A stretch of 60,902 nucleotides of DNA, filler included, from 4 parts of 4 records of this genome joined end to end with filler, not necessarily neighbours in it; one strand, 5' to 3'. Shown: positions 10,526-20,636, counted from the whole stretch's first letter. Numbers and translations are program-made. The notes: generated by a model not told the origin, from the sequence alone.

Positions 10526-10585
10526 GTGTTTTTTGTTCGTCCCGTAAAGGGAATGACGGGGCGTATTTGGCGTTGCGCCAAATTC

Positions 10586-10798
10586 TTATCGGTGACCGTG
10601 GACTATTTGGTGGATGTCGCCACGGCACAAGCCGATATCAGCCAGTTCGCGATCGGTCAGATCGTTCAGCACGTTGCGGGTTACGCGGGCGTCATTCCAC
10701 TCGGCAACGGTGCTCACGACCGATGCGAAAGTCGCGCCGATACGGCCGACGAGGCCGAATGAGCCAGTGGTGGTGCGGGTGGTATCTAGTGCAGCCAT
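10586..10798 (-). CDS. DUF1127 (YjiS-like) small protein
   Basis: WNDARVTRNVLNDLTDRELADIGLCRGDI. Confidence 0.9.
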   Translation of the reverse strand: MAALDTTRTTTGSFGLVGRIGATFASVVSTVAEWNDARVTRNVLNDLTDRELADIGLCRGDIHQIVHGHR

Positions 10799-10884
10799 AT
10801 CCTGTTTCCTTCTGGTTTGTGTTAAACTTTGATCTTGCGATCTGAGCGGCATTTAGTGATGTGTTTTGCTGCGTACAAGCGTAG

Positions 10885-10909
10885 AAATTGCATGTGTCCT
10901 ATGCAATTT
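10885..10909. promoter_or_regulatory. Palindromic LysR-type (T-N11-A) site upstream of the DUF1127 gene
   Basis: AAATTGCAT-N7-ATGCAATTT perfect inverted repeat. Confidence 0.5.
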
Positions 10910-11068
10910 TTGCAAGCCTCGAAATCGCTAAAACCCCCTTAAATCATTGATTAAATTCTCTTCAGAAAGGCGTCGAAAATAGACCAGATGTTGTCGCATT
11001 TAGATCGCGATGGGACAGGTGCGACATGATTGTCGGTTTTGATGTTTGCGCTGATTTCCTTGGTAAAT

Positions 11069-11083
11069 GTTCACGCTTCGTGC
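11069..11083 (+). promoter_or_regulatory. Putative alphaproteobacterial LexA box upstream of ruvCAB
   Basis: GTTC-ACGCTTC-GTGC, one mismatch to GTTC-N7-GTTC. Confidence 0.5.
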
Positions 11084-11131
11084 TAGTTCGTAAGAAAAGA
11101 GCACACAAACCCGAGCAGGCCGAGACAAAAC

Positions 11132-11629
11132 ATGCGAATTCTGGGCATTGATCCGGGGCTTAGAACCCTGGGATGGGGCGTCATCGAATCGCATGGCAGC
11201 CGTCTGAGCCACGTTGCCAACGGATTATGCAAATCCGACGGGGACGATCTGGGTGAGCGGCTGCTGTCGCTACACAACCAGATTGTCGAGGTCATTGCCG
11301 AGCACCAGCCTGATCAGGCCGCGATTGAACAGACGTTCGTCAACAAGGATGGGGCGGGCACGCTAAAGCTGGGGCAGGCGCGCGGCGTCGCGCTGTTGAC
11401 ACTTGCACAGGCGGGTTTACCGGTCGGAGAATACGCTCCGAACCGTGTCAAGAAAACTGTGGTTGGTGTAGGCCACGCCGAGAAAGAGCAGGTTCTGCAT
11501 ATGGTCAAGCTACAACTGCCCGGTTGTTCCCCTAAGGGTGCGGACGCTGCGGATGCTTTGGCAATCGCAATTTGTCATTCCTACTATGGGACATCACCGC
11601 AGGCACGGTTGAAAGAGGTGCGCGCATGA
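11132..11629 (+). CDS. ruvC: Holliday junction resolvase RuvC
   Basis: [30 protein letters not shown]. Confidence 0.97.
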   Translation: MRILGIDPGLRTLGWGVIESHGSRLSHVANGLCKSDGDDLGERLLSLHNQIVEVIAEHQPDQAAIEQTFVNKDGAGTLKLGQARGVALLTLAQAGLPVGEYAPNRVKKTVVGVGHAEKEQVLHMVKLQLPGCSPKGADAADALAIAICHSYYGTSPQARLKEVRA

Positions 11630-12303
11630 TCGGCAAACTCACTGGACGGCTGGATTACCGCGCGGCGGATCACGTGCTGATCGACGTGCGCGGGGTGGGG
11701 TATATCGTCTATTGTTCGGACAGGACCATGGCAGCATTGCCTGGCGTAGGTGAGGCGGTGTCGATCTTCACCGATATGGTCGTCCGCGAAGACCTGATGC
11801 AATTATACGGGTTCCTGTCGCTGGTGGAAAAAGAATGGCATCGGCTGTTGTGCTCGGTGCAAGGCGTGGGGGCAAAGGTTTCTCTGGCAATTCTCAGCGC
11901 GCTGGGACCGGATGGCGTCAGCCGAGCAATTGCTTTGGGTGATTGGGGTGCAGTCAAGGCTGCAAAAGGTGTGGGACCAAAGACCGCACAAAGGATTGTG
12001 CTTGATCTGAAAGACAAAGCCCCCGGAGTGATGGCCATGGGGGGCACCGTTACCGAAGCCGTGGACGGCCCGGCGCTTGAGCTAGTCGAGGCTGCCGAGC
12101 CCGCTGTTGCCTCGAAACGAGCGGCAATACCTGCATCTGGTTCCGCCGCCGCCTCGGCGGGGGCGTTGTCGGCGCTGGGTAATCTGGGCTATGGGCCGTC
12201 GGATGCGGCGTCGGCGGTGGCCGAGGCGGCAGCGACCCTACCGGATGCCGGAGAGGCCGATCTGATCCGCGCCGCGTTGAAACTGCTGGCCCCAAAAAGT
12301 TGA
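11626..12303 (+). CDS. ruvA: Holliday junction branch migration protein RuvA
   Basis: [37 protein letters not shown] overlap with ruvC. Confidence 0.96.
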   Translation: MIGKLTGRLDYRAADHVLIDVRGVGYIVYCSDRTMAALPGVGEAVSIFTDMVVREDLMQLYGFLSLVEKEWHRLLCSVQGVGAKVSLAILSALGPDGVSRAIALGDWGAVKAAKGVGPKTAQRIVLDLKDKAPGVMAMGGTVTEAVDGPALELVEAAEPAVASKRAAIPASGSAAASAGALSALGNLGYGPSDAASAVAEAAATLPDAGEADLIRAALKLLAPKS

Positions 12304-12319
12304 GCGAAAGGGTAACTGA

Positions 12320-12682
12320 ATGGTAGATGCCGACCCCGCCCTGCGACCCGAACCGATGCCGGAAGACAATGACCGCGCCCTGCGCCCGCAGGGTCTGGAT
12401 GAGTTCATCGGACAGGCCGAGGCGCGTGCCAATCTGCGTATCTTTATCCAATCGGCGCGTCAGAGGGGCGAGGCAATGGATCATACCTTGTTTCATGGAC
12501 CTCCGGGGCTGGGAAAGACCACTCTGGCCCAAATCATAGCGCGTGAATTGGGAGTAAATTTCCGCATGACCTCGGGGCCGGTGCTGGCAAAGGCGGGGGA
12601 TCTGGCTGCGATTCTGACCAACCTTGAGGCGCGGGATGTGCTGTTTATTGATGAGATTCACCGGCTGAACCCGGCGGTTGAA
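12320..12682 (+). CDS. ruvB: RuvB helicase, 5' part (contig end)
   Basis: [29 protein letters not shown]. Confidence 0.96.
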
Positions 12683-12782
12683 NNNNNNNNNNNNNNNNNN
12701 NNNNNNNNNNNNNNNNNNNNNNNNNNTTAATTAATTAANNNNNNNNNNNNNNNNNNNNNNNNNNNNNNNNNNNNNNNNNNNN
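12683..12782. other. Artificial contig linker
   Basis: N44-TTAATTAATTAA-N44, stops in all frames. Confidence 0.99.
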
Positions 12783-12812
12783 TCGGTGGTTCGATTCCGC
12801 CTCCGGGCACCA
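12783..12812 (+). tRNA. tRNA-Phe 3' portion (T-arm, acceptor stem, CCA), truncated by contig start
   Basis: TCGGTGGTTCGATTCCGCCTCCGGGCACCA matches the gammaproteobacterial tRNA-Phe 3' end; the anticodon is not visible. Confidence 0.8.
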
Positions 12813-13096
12813 CATATTGCAAGGCCTCGCTGGAAACGGCGGGGCTTTTTTGTTTCCCCGATTGTCCCAGATTTGTACCACTTGTCTCATCAATGTTGCT
12901 AGCAATACGCTTTAAATGCTGACCAGCAAGATGAGCATAACGCAGTACCATCTCATAAGAAGACCAACCGCCAAGCTTTCGTAGTAGTGCGCTCTACAGG
13001 TTTACCCTGATAAGTAAAACACCACTTACTATTTTCGCCTAACTGCTCTGTTAAAACCGATATTGCATCCTGATTTAGTGGAACCGCAATAGCCTT
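12813..13096 (-). pseudogene. P22-like tyrosine integrase remnant
   Basis: KAIAVPLNQDAISVLTEQLG...CFTYQGKPV..TKAW in one frame, then LGGWSSYEMVLRYAHLAGQHL in another; HxxR box and N-terminus missing. Confidence 0.88.
12821..12855 (+). terminator. Intrinsic terminator after tRNA-Phe
   Basis: GGCCTCGCT-GGAA-ACGGCGGGGC followed by a T-tract. Confidence 0.8.
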
Positions 13097-13165
13097 TGGC
13101 GAATACAAGTCGAGCCATTCCCAAGGGGATTTGACTATGTTCCGAGCCTTCTGAAAGCGTTGAAA

Positions 13166-14617
13166 TTAGAAATGCCCCGCCTCTTCTGCTTTCCAGCCAC
13201 CACCGAGAGCCTTAAATACAGCCACAGCAGCGTTTGCCGCCTCAGCTTGCGCCATTGCCTGTCTATCAGAAGCTTGCAATAGACTCTCGTCAATTTGTAA
13301 AACTTCAAGCATACTCGCAGTCCCTTTCTGGTATGCAGCAAAAGAAGAACTACGAACGCGAGTAAGAGCTTCCACCCCTTGTGTAATTACCGTTGTTTGT
13401 TCCTCTCGTTTAACCAGGGTTGTAAATGCATTTTCCACATCCTCAGTAGCTCGTAAAATAGCAAGTTTATAGGCTCCAAGCGCTTCTTCTTCACGTCCTT
13501 TGGCCTGTTCAATCTGGGCATTGATTCGGGCAAAGTCGAACAAGCGCCAGCGTAAACCGAACACACCAGCAGCCTGATTCGCACCATGAGTAAATAGGTT
13601 GTCTTCAGCTACAGAAGTAGCGCTGCCGAGCAGACCGCTTAGGGAAAACTTCGGGTAGTATTCTGCGATTGCTGCACCAATTTTCGCATTCGATGCCGCC
13701 AGACGACGTTCTGCAATGATGAGATCGGGGCGACGTTTAAGTAATTCACCCGGCGTCCCCATTTCAGTAATTGCGGGGGTAGATGGAATCGGCGCAGATG
13801 TGGTGAGTTCTTTCCTATGTGTGCCCGGAGGAGTGCCCAATATCACGTCCAATGCGTTCATAGCTGTTTCCAGGCCGGCTTCTAGTTCGGGTACAAAAGA
13901 CTGAACCTGGGCGAGCGATGCTCGGGACTGTTGTACTTGACGCTCCGCTACCAGTCCCGCGTCATAGAGAAGATTGAACAAGTCGAGCTTCTCTTGCTGC
14001 GTTCCTATCAGCTTGCCAGCAATGTTAAGCCGGGTTTGTAATGCACGAATATTGATGTAGATGCTCGCTGTTTGAGCAGTTACCGCAAGCCGAGTTGCAG
14101 CAACTCCCGCTGAGGTGGCCTGATATTCGGCCAGCGCTGCCTCCTTATCTCGGCGGAGGCCGCCAAACAAGTCAAGTTCCCAACTTGCTTTCAGATTCGC
14201 TTCATAACGGTTTCCATAACGGTCAAAATCAGGAGATGAGTCCAAAACCTGCCCTAGCGATGTCTCAACGGATTGATAGGCGCGAGCAGCTTGCCCTGAA
14301 ATGTTTCCCGATGGAAGCAGTGCCGCATTTGCCGCGCCGAGACCGGCTTGAGCCTGGGTCACTCGTGCCGTTGCTTGTGCCAGGTCAAGATTTTGCTCCA
14401 GCGCAGTGTTGATGTATCGGGTCAATTGTTCATCATCAAACCTTCCCCACCAAGCTTGGAGACTAGCATTGTCGATTGTTTCCTGCTTGCCTAGCGAGGA
14501 CTGCCCAAAGAAATGCTCAGGAGTGGAAAGTTTCGGCGAGCTATAGTCAGGCCCGACAGCGCAACCGGCCAGCAAGCTGGTCACGACAAACATTAAGGGA
14601 GAGTATTTTACCGACAT
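13166..14617 (-). CDS. RND efflux outer-membrane lipoprotein (NodT/OprM family)
   Basis: LLAGC lipobox, WELDLFG, LLKRRPD, FKALGGGW. Confidence 0.93.
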   Translation of the reverse strand: MSVKYSPLMFVVTSLLAGCAVGPDYSSPKLSTPEHFFGQSSLGKQETIDNASLQAWWGRFDDEQLTRYINTALEQNLDLAQATARVTQAQAGLGAANAALLPSGNISGQAARAYQSVETSLGQVLDSSPDFDRYGNRYEANLKASWELDLFGGLRRDKEAALAEYQATSAGVAATRLAVTAQTASIYINIRALQTRLNIAGKLIGTQQEKLDLFNLLYDAGLVAERQVQQSRASLAQVQSFVPELEAGLETAMNALDVILGTPPGTHRKELTTSAPIPSTPAITEMGTPGELLKRRPDLIIAERRLAASNAKIGAAIAEYYPKFSLSGLLGSATSVAEDNLFTHGANQAAGVFGLRWRLFDFARINAQIEQAKGREEEALGAYKLAILRATEDVENAFTTLVKREEQTTVITQGVEALTRVRSSSFAAYQKGTASMLEVLQIDESLLQASDRQAMAQAEAANAAVAVFKALGGGWKAEEAGHF

Positions 14618-14646
14618 ATTCTTACCAGTAAGGTTGGTTGACAGTT

Positions 14647-14672
14647 AGTGACCATATTACTTATTGGTCACT
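14647..14672. promoter_or_regulatory. Putative TetR operator 1 in the divergent OMF/tetR promoter region
   Basis: AGTGACCA-N10-TGGTCACT, flanked by outward TTGACA hexamers (14638 +, 14681 -). Confidence 0.7.
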
Positions 14673-14732
14673 CGTTGTCAATCCGGTCATGGCGAGTTAA
14701 AATTCCAGAACATGTGGAAGTCAGAGAGAAAA

Positions 14733-15353
14733 ATGATGAGTGAAGGAAATAACAGCTCGGCTTTGAATCGAGGCCCTGTTGATCACGATGTGCGAGATCA
14801 GATAGTTGTTTCAGCAACGGAGCATTTCAGTCGCTACGGATACGGCAAAACAACTGTTTCAGATCTGGCAAAATCAATAGGTTTTTCAAAAGCCTATATT
14901 TATAAATTTTTTTCTTCCAAGCAGGCAATTGGCGAAAGTATCTGTGCAAACTGTTTAGGGGGGATTGAGCAAGACGTACGAAAAGCGATTGAGGAGGTCG
15001 ATCAGCCACCAGAAAAGCTACGTCGGATGTTTAAAGAAATTGTCCAGGCAAGTTATCGCTTGTTTGCCCAAGATCATAAGCTCTATGAAATCGCGGCTTC
15101 AGCCGCTGCCGAACGTTGGCAGGCCACAATTATCTATGAAAAAAACGTCAAGGCGTTACTTCAGGATATCCTTTACGCGGGTCGTCAAGCAGGAGATTTT
15201 GAACGAAAAACCCCCTTAGATGAAATGACTATGGCGATTTATCTTGTCATGCGACCTTACTTAAACCCGCTTATACTGCAACATAGCTTCGACTGCATTG
15301 AAGAGGCACCCACTCAACTATCCAATCTGGTACTTCGGAGTCTTGCACCGTAA
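14733..15353 (+). CDS. TetR/AcrR family regulator
   Basis: GYGKTTVSDLAKSIGFSKAYIYKFFSSK HTH. Confidence 0.93.
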   Translation: MMSEGNNSSALNRGPVDHDVRDQIVVSATEHFSRYGYGKTTVSDLAKSIGFSKAYIYKFFSSKQAIGESICANCLGGIEQDVRKAIEEVDQPPEKLRRMFKEIVQASYRLFAQDHKLYEIAASAAAERWQATIIYEKNVKALLQDILYAGRQAGDFERKTPLDEMTMAIYLVMRPYLNPLILQHSFDCIEEAPTQLSNLVLRSLAP

Positions 15354-15372
15354 AAGCTCTATTAAAAAAGAA

Positions 15373-15410
15373 TAGTGACTATTGACTAAATTGGTCACTA
15401 GAACAATAAT
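15373..15410 (+). promoter_or_regulatory. Sigma70 promoter overlapped by TetR operator 2
   Basis: TAGTGACTA-N10-TGGTCACTA encloses TTGACT (15382); AATAAT lies 17 nt downstream (15405). Confidence 0.72.
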
Positions 15411-15444
15411 GGTCTCCTGAATAATTCTTCATGGAGGCTTATGT

Positions 15445-16563
15445 ATGTCTCGTCGCAACATACTTACAATTGCAATTATTATCGCTTTGCCGATTGCCTT
15501 AACGGCGTGCGGTGAAGAAAAGCAACCGGATCCACGCACGGAAGCAAAGCAGGTACGCACAGTAATAGTCGATGATGCCGGGGTTGAATCACGCTCTTTT
15601 ACCGGGGTAGTAGCAGCTCGTGTGAATAGCGGTTTAGGATTTCGTGTCTCTGGCAAGGTGCTGGAACGCCTGGTGGACAAAGGCGAAACCGTTAAACGGG
15701 GCCAGCTGCTTATGCGTATTGACCCTGTTGATTTGCAACTTGCTGCCCATGCACAACAAGAATCTGTTGTCGCTGCTAAAGCAAGAGCAAAACAAGCAGT
15801 AGAAGATGAGGCTCGTTATAGAGATTTGCAAGGATCGGGAGCAATATCGGCTTCCACTTACGATGAAGTCAAAGCTGCTGCAGATACCGCACAAGCTCAA
15901 CTTCGTGCTACCGAAGCGCAAGCTGAAGTGGCCCTTAATGCGACTCGTTATACTGATCTCTACGCCGATGCTGACGGTACTGTTGTAGATACACTCGCGG
16001 AGCCTGGGCAAGTCGTTAATGCCGGACAAATAGTGCTTCGCGTCGCTCACGCAGGTGCCCGTGAAGCGGTTATTCAATTACCTGAAACCTTACGTCCCTC
16101 ACTCGGTTCTCGCGCGCAAGCAACACTATTTGGTAAAGATGACGTTATCTCAAAGGCAAAACTTAGACAGTTATCGAGCGCCGCCGATCCAATTACTCGC
16201 ACCTTTGAGGCACGGTATGTGCTAACCGAAGAATTTAAAGACGCCCCTTTAGGTTCTACCGTCACCGTTAAAATATCAGGTGAACACTTTGACGAAAAGG
16301 AAGGTTTGCAGGTACCAATCGGGGCTTTATTTGATGCGGGTAAAGGTCCTGGCGTATGGAACATTCATGGGGAGCCAGCAAAAGTTTCTTGGCGTCCAGT
16401 CACGGTACTGACTCTTGGTGACGACTCTGCACGCGTGACAGGTCAAATCGAGGCAGGTGATCAAGTCGTTGCACTTGGCGCTCATCTGCTACATGAAGGT
16501 GAACTGGTGCGTGTATCTACTCCGTTTACGACTGTTGCAGCAGAGGAAGCAGTCCATGAATAA
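15445..16563 (+). CDS. RND efflux periplasmic adaptor (MFP) lipoprotein
   Basis: LTAC lipobox, GFRVSGKV..RLVDKGETVKRGQLL, ADPITRTF. Confidence 0.93.
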   Translation: MSRRNILTIAIIIALPIALTACGEEKQPDPRTEAKQVRTVIVDDAGVESRSFTGVVAARVNSGLGFRVSGKVLERLVDKGETVKRGQLLMRIDPVDLQLAAHAQQESVVAAKARAKQAVEDEARYRDLQGSGAISASTYDEVKAAADTAQAQLRATEAQAEVALNATRYTDLYADADGTVVDTLAEPGQVVNAGQIVLRVAHAGAREAVIQLPETLRPSLGSRAQATLFGKDDVISKAKLRQLSSAADPITRTFEARYVLTEEFKDAPLGSTVTVKISGEHFDEKEGLQVPIGALFDAGKGPGVWNIHGEPAKVSWRPVTVLTLGDDSARVTGQIEAGDQVVALGAHLLHEGELVRVSTPFTTVAAEEAVHE

Positions 16564-19500
16564 GAATCGCTTCAACCTGTCAGCGCTTGCTGTACGCGAG
16601 CGCGCCATAACCCTGTTCCTGATCCTGCTGATCTCGGTAGGCGGGGTGACGTCATTCTTCAAATTGGGCCGAGCCGAGGACCCATCTTTCACTATCAAGG
16701 TGATGACGGTCATCACCGCATGGCCAGGTGCTACCGCGCAGGAGATGCAAGATCAGGTAGCCGAGAAGATCGAAAAGCGCTTGCAGGAGCTGAGCTGGTA
16801 CGATCGTAGTGAGACCTACACCCGTCCGGGGCTGGCCTTCACCACACTGACCTTACTGGACAGCACCCCGCCGTCGGAAGTAGAGAACCAGTTCTATCAA
16901 GCCCGTAAGAAGGTCGGTGACGAAGTGCCCAATTTACCACCTGGCGTGATAGGACCCTTTCTGAATGACGAGTATTCCGATGTGACCTTCGCCTTGTTTG
17001 CCCTCAAAGCGAAAGGGGAAGCACAACGTCTACTTGTTCGTGATGCGGAGTTACTGCGTCAACGATTACTTCATGTACCTGGGGTAAAAAAAGTCAATAT
17101 CGTTGGTGAGCGGCCGGAACGTATTTATGTTGAATTCTCACATGAGCGATTGGCAACATTGGGTGTCAGCCCTCAGGAGGTATTTGCAGTACTTAATAGC
17201 CAAAATGTCATGACGCCAGCAGGTTCAGTTGAGACCGAAGGTCCGAACGTATTCATCCGTTTAGACGGCGCATTTGACGATCTACAGAAAATACGCAACA
17301 CGCCCGTGGTCGTGCAAGGGCAAACGCTGAAGCTATCTGACATTGCAACAGTGAAACGTGGTTACGAAGACCCGGCGACATTTATGATCCGTAATGGTGG
17401 TGAACCAGCACTGCTACTTGGCATTGTTATGCGCGATGGTTGGAATGGCCTAGATTTGGGTAAAGCACTCGACCAGGAAGTGAAGGCAATCAACGCAGAA
17501 ATGCCTTTAGGTATGAGCTTGAGCAAAGTGACAGACCAGGCCGTTAATATCAAATCGGCGGTCAATGAGTTCATGGTTAAGTTCTTTTCCGCTCTAGTCG
17601 TGGTCATGGTTGTGAGTTTTGTCAGCATGGGTTGGCGCCCCGGTGTTATCGTTGCTGCCGCTGTCCCCCTGACATTATCCATCGTGTTCATTGTGATGTA
17701 CGCGACAGGTAAAAGCTTTGACAGGATAACCCTGGGCTCGTTAATTTTGGCCTTAGGTTTATTGGTCGATGACGCCATCATCGCTATCGAAATGATGGTG
17801 GTAAAGATGGAAGAAGGCTATAGCCGTATTGCCGCGTCAGCCTACGCCTGGAGCAGTACTGCCGGGCCCATGCTCTCAGGAACATTGGTTACGGCAGTCG
17901 GCTTCATGCCCAACGGCTTTGCTCGCTCTACCGCAGGTGAGTATACCAGCAATATGTTCTGGATTGTCGGTATCGCACTTATCGCCTCCTGGATTGTCGC
18001 CGTGGTGTTCACGCCGTATCTCGGTGTTAAATTATTGCCCGACTATAAGAAAGTCGAAGGCGGCCACGACGCAATCTACGATACACCGCGCTACAACCGT
18101 TTCCGTCGACTACTTGAGCGTACCATTGCACGAAAGTGGTGGGTTGCCGTCTCGGTTGTGAGCCTTTTCGTCATAGCGGTACTCGGCATGTCAGTAGTAA
18201 AAAAGCAGTTTTTCCCGATTTCTGACCGTCCGGAAGTGCTGGTCGAGGTTCAGATGCCCTATGGCACATCAATCAAACAGACAAGTGCTGCTTCGGCGAA
18301 AGTAGAAAAGTGGTTGGCCAAACAGGAAGAAGCAAAGATTGTTACTGCCTATATTGGTCAAGGTGCACCACGATTTTTCTTTTCTGTTGGCCCTGAGTTA
18401 CCTGATCCCTCATTTGCCAAAATAGTCATTCGGACAGATAATCAAAACGAGCGAAACGCTTTGAAGCATAGGTTGCGTCGCGCTATCGCTGACGGCCTGG
18501 CCCCCGAAGCGCGAGTTCGCGTTACTCAACTGGTATTTGGCCCTTACTCTCCATTTCCAGTCGCTTATCGAGTGACCGGCTCAAACCCTGATACTCTGAG
18601 AGATATCGCCGCACAGGTACAGCAGATCATGGAGAATAACCCCATGATGCGTAACGTCAACATCGACTGGGGGTCACGTGTCCCCACACTGCATTTCTCT
18701 TTACAGCAAGATCGGCTTCAGGCTATGGGACTAAGTTCCAGCTCTGTTGCACAACAATTGCAGTTTTTGCTGAATGGTGTACCCATAACGAGCGTGCGTG
18801 AGGACATTCGTACCGTGCAGGTTATCGGTCGCTCATCAGGAGACATCCGGCTTGATCCAGCCCAAATAGAAAACTTCACGTTAGCTGGTGCTAATGGACA
18901 ACGCGTGCCTTTATCGCAGGTAGGCAAAGTAGAAATCCGCATGGAAGAACCGATCATGCGCCGCCGTGATCGTGTGCCGACTATTACTGTACGAGGAGAT
19001 ATCGCTGAAGGCTTGCAACCGCCAGACGTATCGCATGTTATAACTAAGCAATTGCAACGCGTTATACAAAAACTGCCAAGCGGTTATGACATTGTAGAAG
19101 CAGGCTCCATTGAGGAGTCCGGTAAAGCTACCGTGGCGATGTTGCCGATTTTTCCCATCATGATAGCGATCACCCTGCTTATTCTCATCATCCAGGTACG
19201 TTCATTCGCCGGAATGGTGATGGTGTTTCTGACCAGCCCTCTGGGGTTAATTGGTGTGGTGCCAACACTGCTTTTGTTTCAGCAACCATTTGGCATCAAC
19301 GCACTAGTTGGGTTAATTGCATTATCGGGCATCTTAATGCGTAACACACTGATTCTAATTGGGCAGATTCAGGACAACGAATTGGCGGGGCTGGATCCAT
19401 TTCATGCGGTCATTGAAGCCACGGTGCAGCGTGCCCGTCCCGTCATTCTGACGGCTATGGCCGCTATTCTGGCCTTCATCCCGCTGACTCATTCGGTGTT

Positions 19501-19621
19501 TTGGGGAACGCTGGCCTACACCTTGATTGGTGGCACCTTTGCAGGAACGGTTTTAACGCTGATATTTCTGCCCGCTATGTATTCCATTTGGTTCAAGATC
19601 AGACCTAGCCATGGTAGCTAA
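16556..19621 (+). CDS. RND efflux permease (AcrB/D/F family, MexK/TriC-like)
   Basis: LGRAEDP, GLLVDDAII, RARPVILTA; ATG overlaps the MFP 3' end. Confidence 0.95.
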   Translation: MNKNRFNLSALAVRERAITLFLILLISVGGVTSFFKLGRAEDPSFTIKVMTVITAWPGATAQEMQDQVAEKIEKRLQELSWYDRSETYTRPGLAFTTLTLLDSTPPSEVENQFYQARKKVGDEVPNLPPGVIGPFLNDEYSDVTFALFALKAKGEAQRLLVRDAELLRQRLLHVPGVKKVNIVGERPERIYVEFSHERLATLGVSPQEVFAVLNSQNVMTPAGSVETEGPNVFIRLDGAFDDLQKIRNTPVVVQGQTLKLSDIATVKRGYEDPATFMIRNGGEPALLLGIVMRDGWNGLDLGKALDQEVKAINAEMPLGMSLSKVTDQAVNIKSAVNEFMVKFFSALVVVMVVSFVSMGWRPGVIVAAAVPLTLSIVFIVMYATGKSFDRITLGSLILALGLLVDDAIIAIEMMVVKMEEGYSRIAASAYAWSSTAGPMLSGTLVTAVGFMPNGFARSTAGEYTSNMFWIVGIALIASWIVAVVFTPYLGVKLLPDYKKVEGGHDAIYDTPRYNRFRRLLERTIARKWWVAVSVVSLFVIAVLGMSVVKKQFFPISDRPEVLVEVQMPYGTSIKQTSAASAKVEKWLAKQEEAKIVTAYIGQGAPRFFFSVGPELPDPSFAKIVIRTDNQNERNALKHRLRRAIADGLAPEARVRVTQLVFGPYSPFPVAYRVTGSNPDTLRDIAAQVQQIMENNPMMRNVNIDWGSRVPTLHFSLQQDRLQAMGLSSSSVAQQLQFLLNGVPITSVREDIRTVQVIGRSSGDIRLDPAQIENFTLAGANGQRVPLSQVGKVEIRMEEPIMRRRDRVPTITVRGDIAEGLQPPDVSHVITKQLQRVIQKLPSGYDIVEAGSIEESGKATVAMLPIFPIMIAITLLILIIQVRSFAGMVMVFLTSPLGLIGVVPTLLLFQQPFGINALVGLIALSGILMRNTLILIGQIQDNELAGLDPFHAVIEATVQRARPVILTAMAAILAFIPLTHSVFWGTLAYTLIGGTFAGTVLTLIFLPAMYSIWFKIRPSHGS

Positions 19622-19662
19622 GATTTTTATTATTAACGTTTACATTTTGAGAGGAAATTATT

Positions 19663-20472
19663 ATGTCTAATCAGTCGAAAGTAGTCGTAGTAACTGGCGT
19701 GTCATCAGGTATTGGTCGGGCTACCGCTGAGATGTTTCTAAAAAAAGGATGTGACGTCTTTGGTACGGTTCGTAACCTTGGACAGTGTCGAACGATCCCA
19801 GGTGCTGAACTGGTAGAAATAGATATTCGCGATGAAGCATCTATTCAGCGTGGGATCGAATCCATAATAGCTAAAACCCAACGTATCGACATTCTTGTCA
19901 ACAGCGCAGGCGTGACTTTAGTGGGCGCAACAGAGGAATCTTCAGTCGCTGAGGCCCAAACCCTCTTCGACACAAATGTTTGGGGGATTTTACGCACAAT
20001 TCATGCGGTATTGCCGCATATGCGTAAGCAGCGGTCGGGTCGCATTGTCAATATCAGTTCGGTGTTGGGGTTCCTTCCTGCCCCCTATATGGGGTTATAC
20101 TCAGCATCGAAACATGCGGTTGAAGGACTGTCCGAAACCTTAGACCATGAAGTTCGAGAATTTGGTATTCGAGTGTCACTTGTCGAACCTTCATTTACCA
20201 AAACGAATATGGAAACCAATGCTCCTCAAACGACGGCCCCAATTTCAGATTACGATGCTGAACGAAAACTTGTCTCTGAAGCCATTTTGAAAAACGCACA
20301 TAAAGCTCCGCCTCCAGACGCTGTCGCGGCTACCGTGGTTAGTGCTGCACTAGAAACTTGGAAAATGCGTCACACGCCAAAAGGTGAAGCTTCACTTCTT
20401 AGTAAACTGCGCCGTTTCATGCCTTCCGCTACAGTTGATAAAGGCATCAGAAAAACGTTTGGAATGAAATAA
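19663..20472 (+). CDS. Short-chain dehydrogenase/reductase
   Basis: TGVSSGIG, YSASK catalytic motif. Confidence 0.93.
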   Translation: MSNQSKVVVVTGVSSGIGRATAEMFLKKGCDVFGTVRNLGQCRTIPGAELVEIDIRDEASIQRGIESIIAKTQRIDILVNSAGVTLVGATEESSVAEAQTLFDTNVWGILRTIHAVLPHMRKQRSGRIVNISSVLGFLPAPYMGLYSASKHAVEGLSETLDHEVREFGIRVSLVEPSFTKTNMETNAPQTTAPISDYDAERKLVSEAILKNAHKAPPPDAVAATVVSAALETWKMRHTPKGEASLLSKLRRFMPSATVDKGIRKTFGMK

Positions 20473-20528
20473 CCATTTTTCCTTTCGATAGTAAATATCG
20501 ACCTGATTGTGGAATGAGAGATAAATTA

Positions 20529-20636
20529 GTGAATAAATCCGATGAGATGCGTATTATCGTCACAGGAGCAGGCGTAGTGCATCCGCTTGGTGTTGGAGTC
20601 TATGTGACTTGGTCGCAGTTGCTAGCAGGACAATGA
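20529..20636 (+). pseudogene. Beta-ketoacyl-ACP synthase II (FabF-like) N-terminal stub
   Basis: VNKSDEMRIIVTGAGVVHPLGVGVYVTWSQLLAGQ* matches the FabF N-terminus; stops after 35 codons. Confidence 0.72.

Noticed and set aside
12727..12738. TTAATTAATTAA repeated three times in the window
   Set aside because: Assembly linker flanked by N44, not biological
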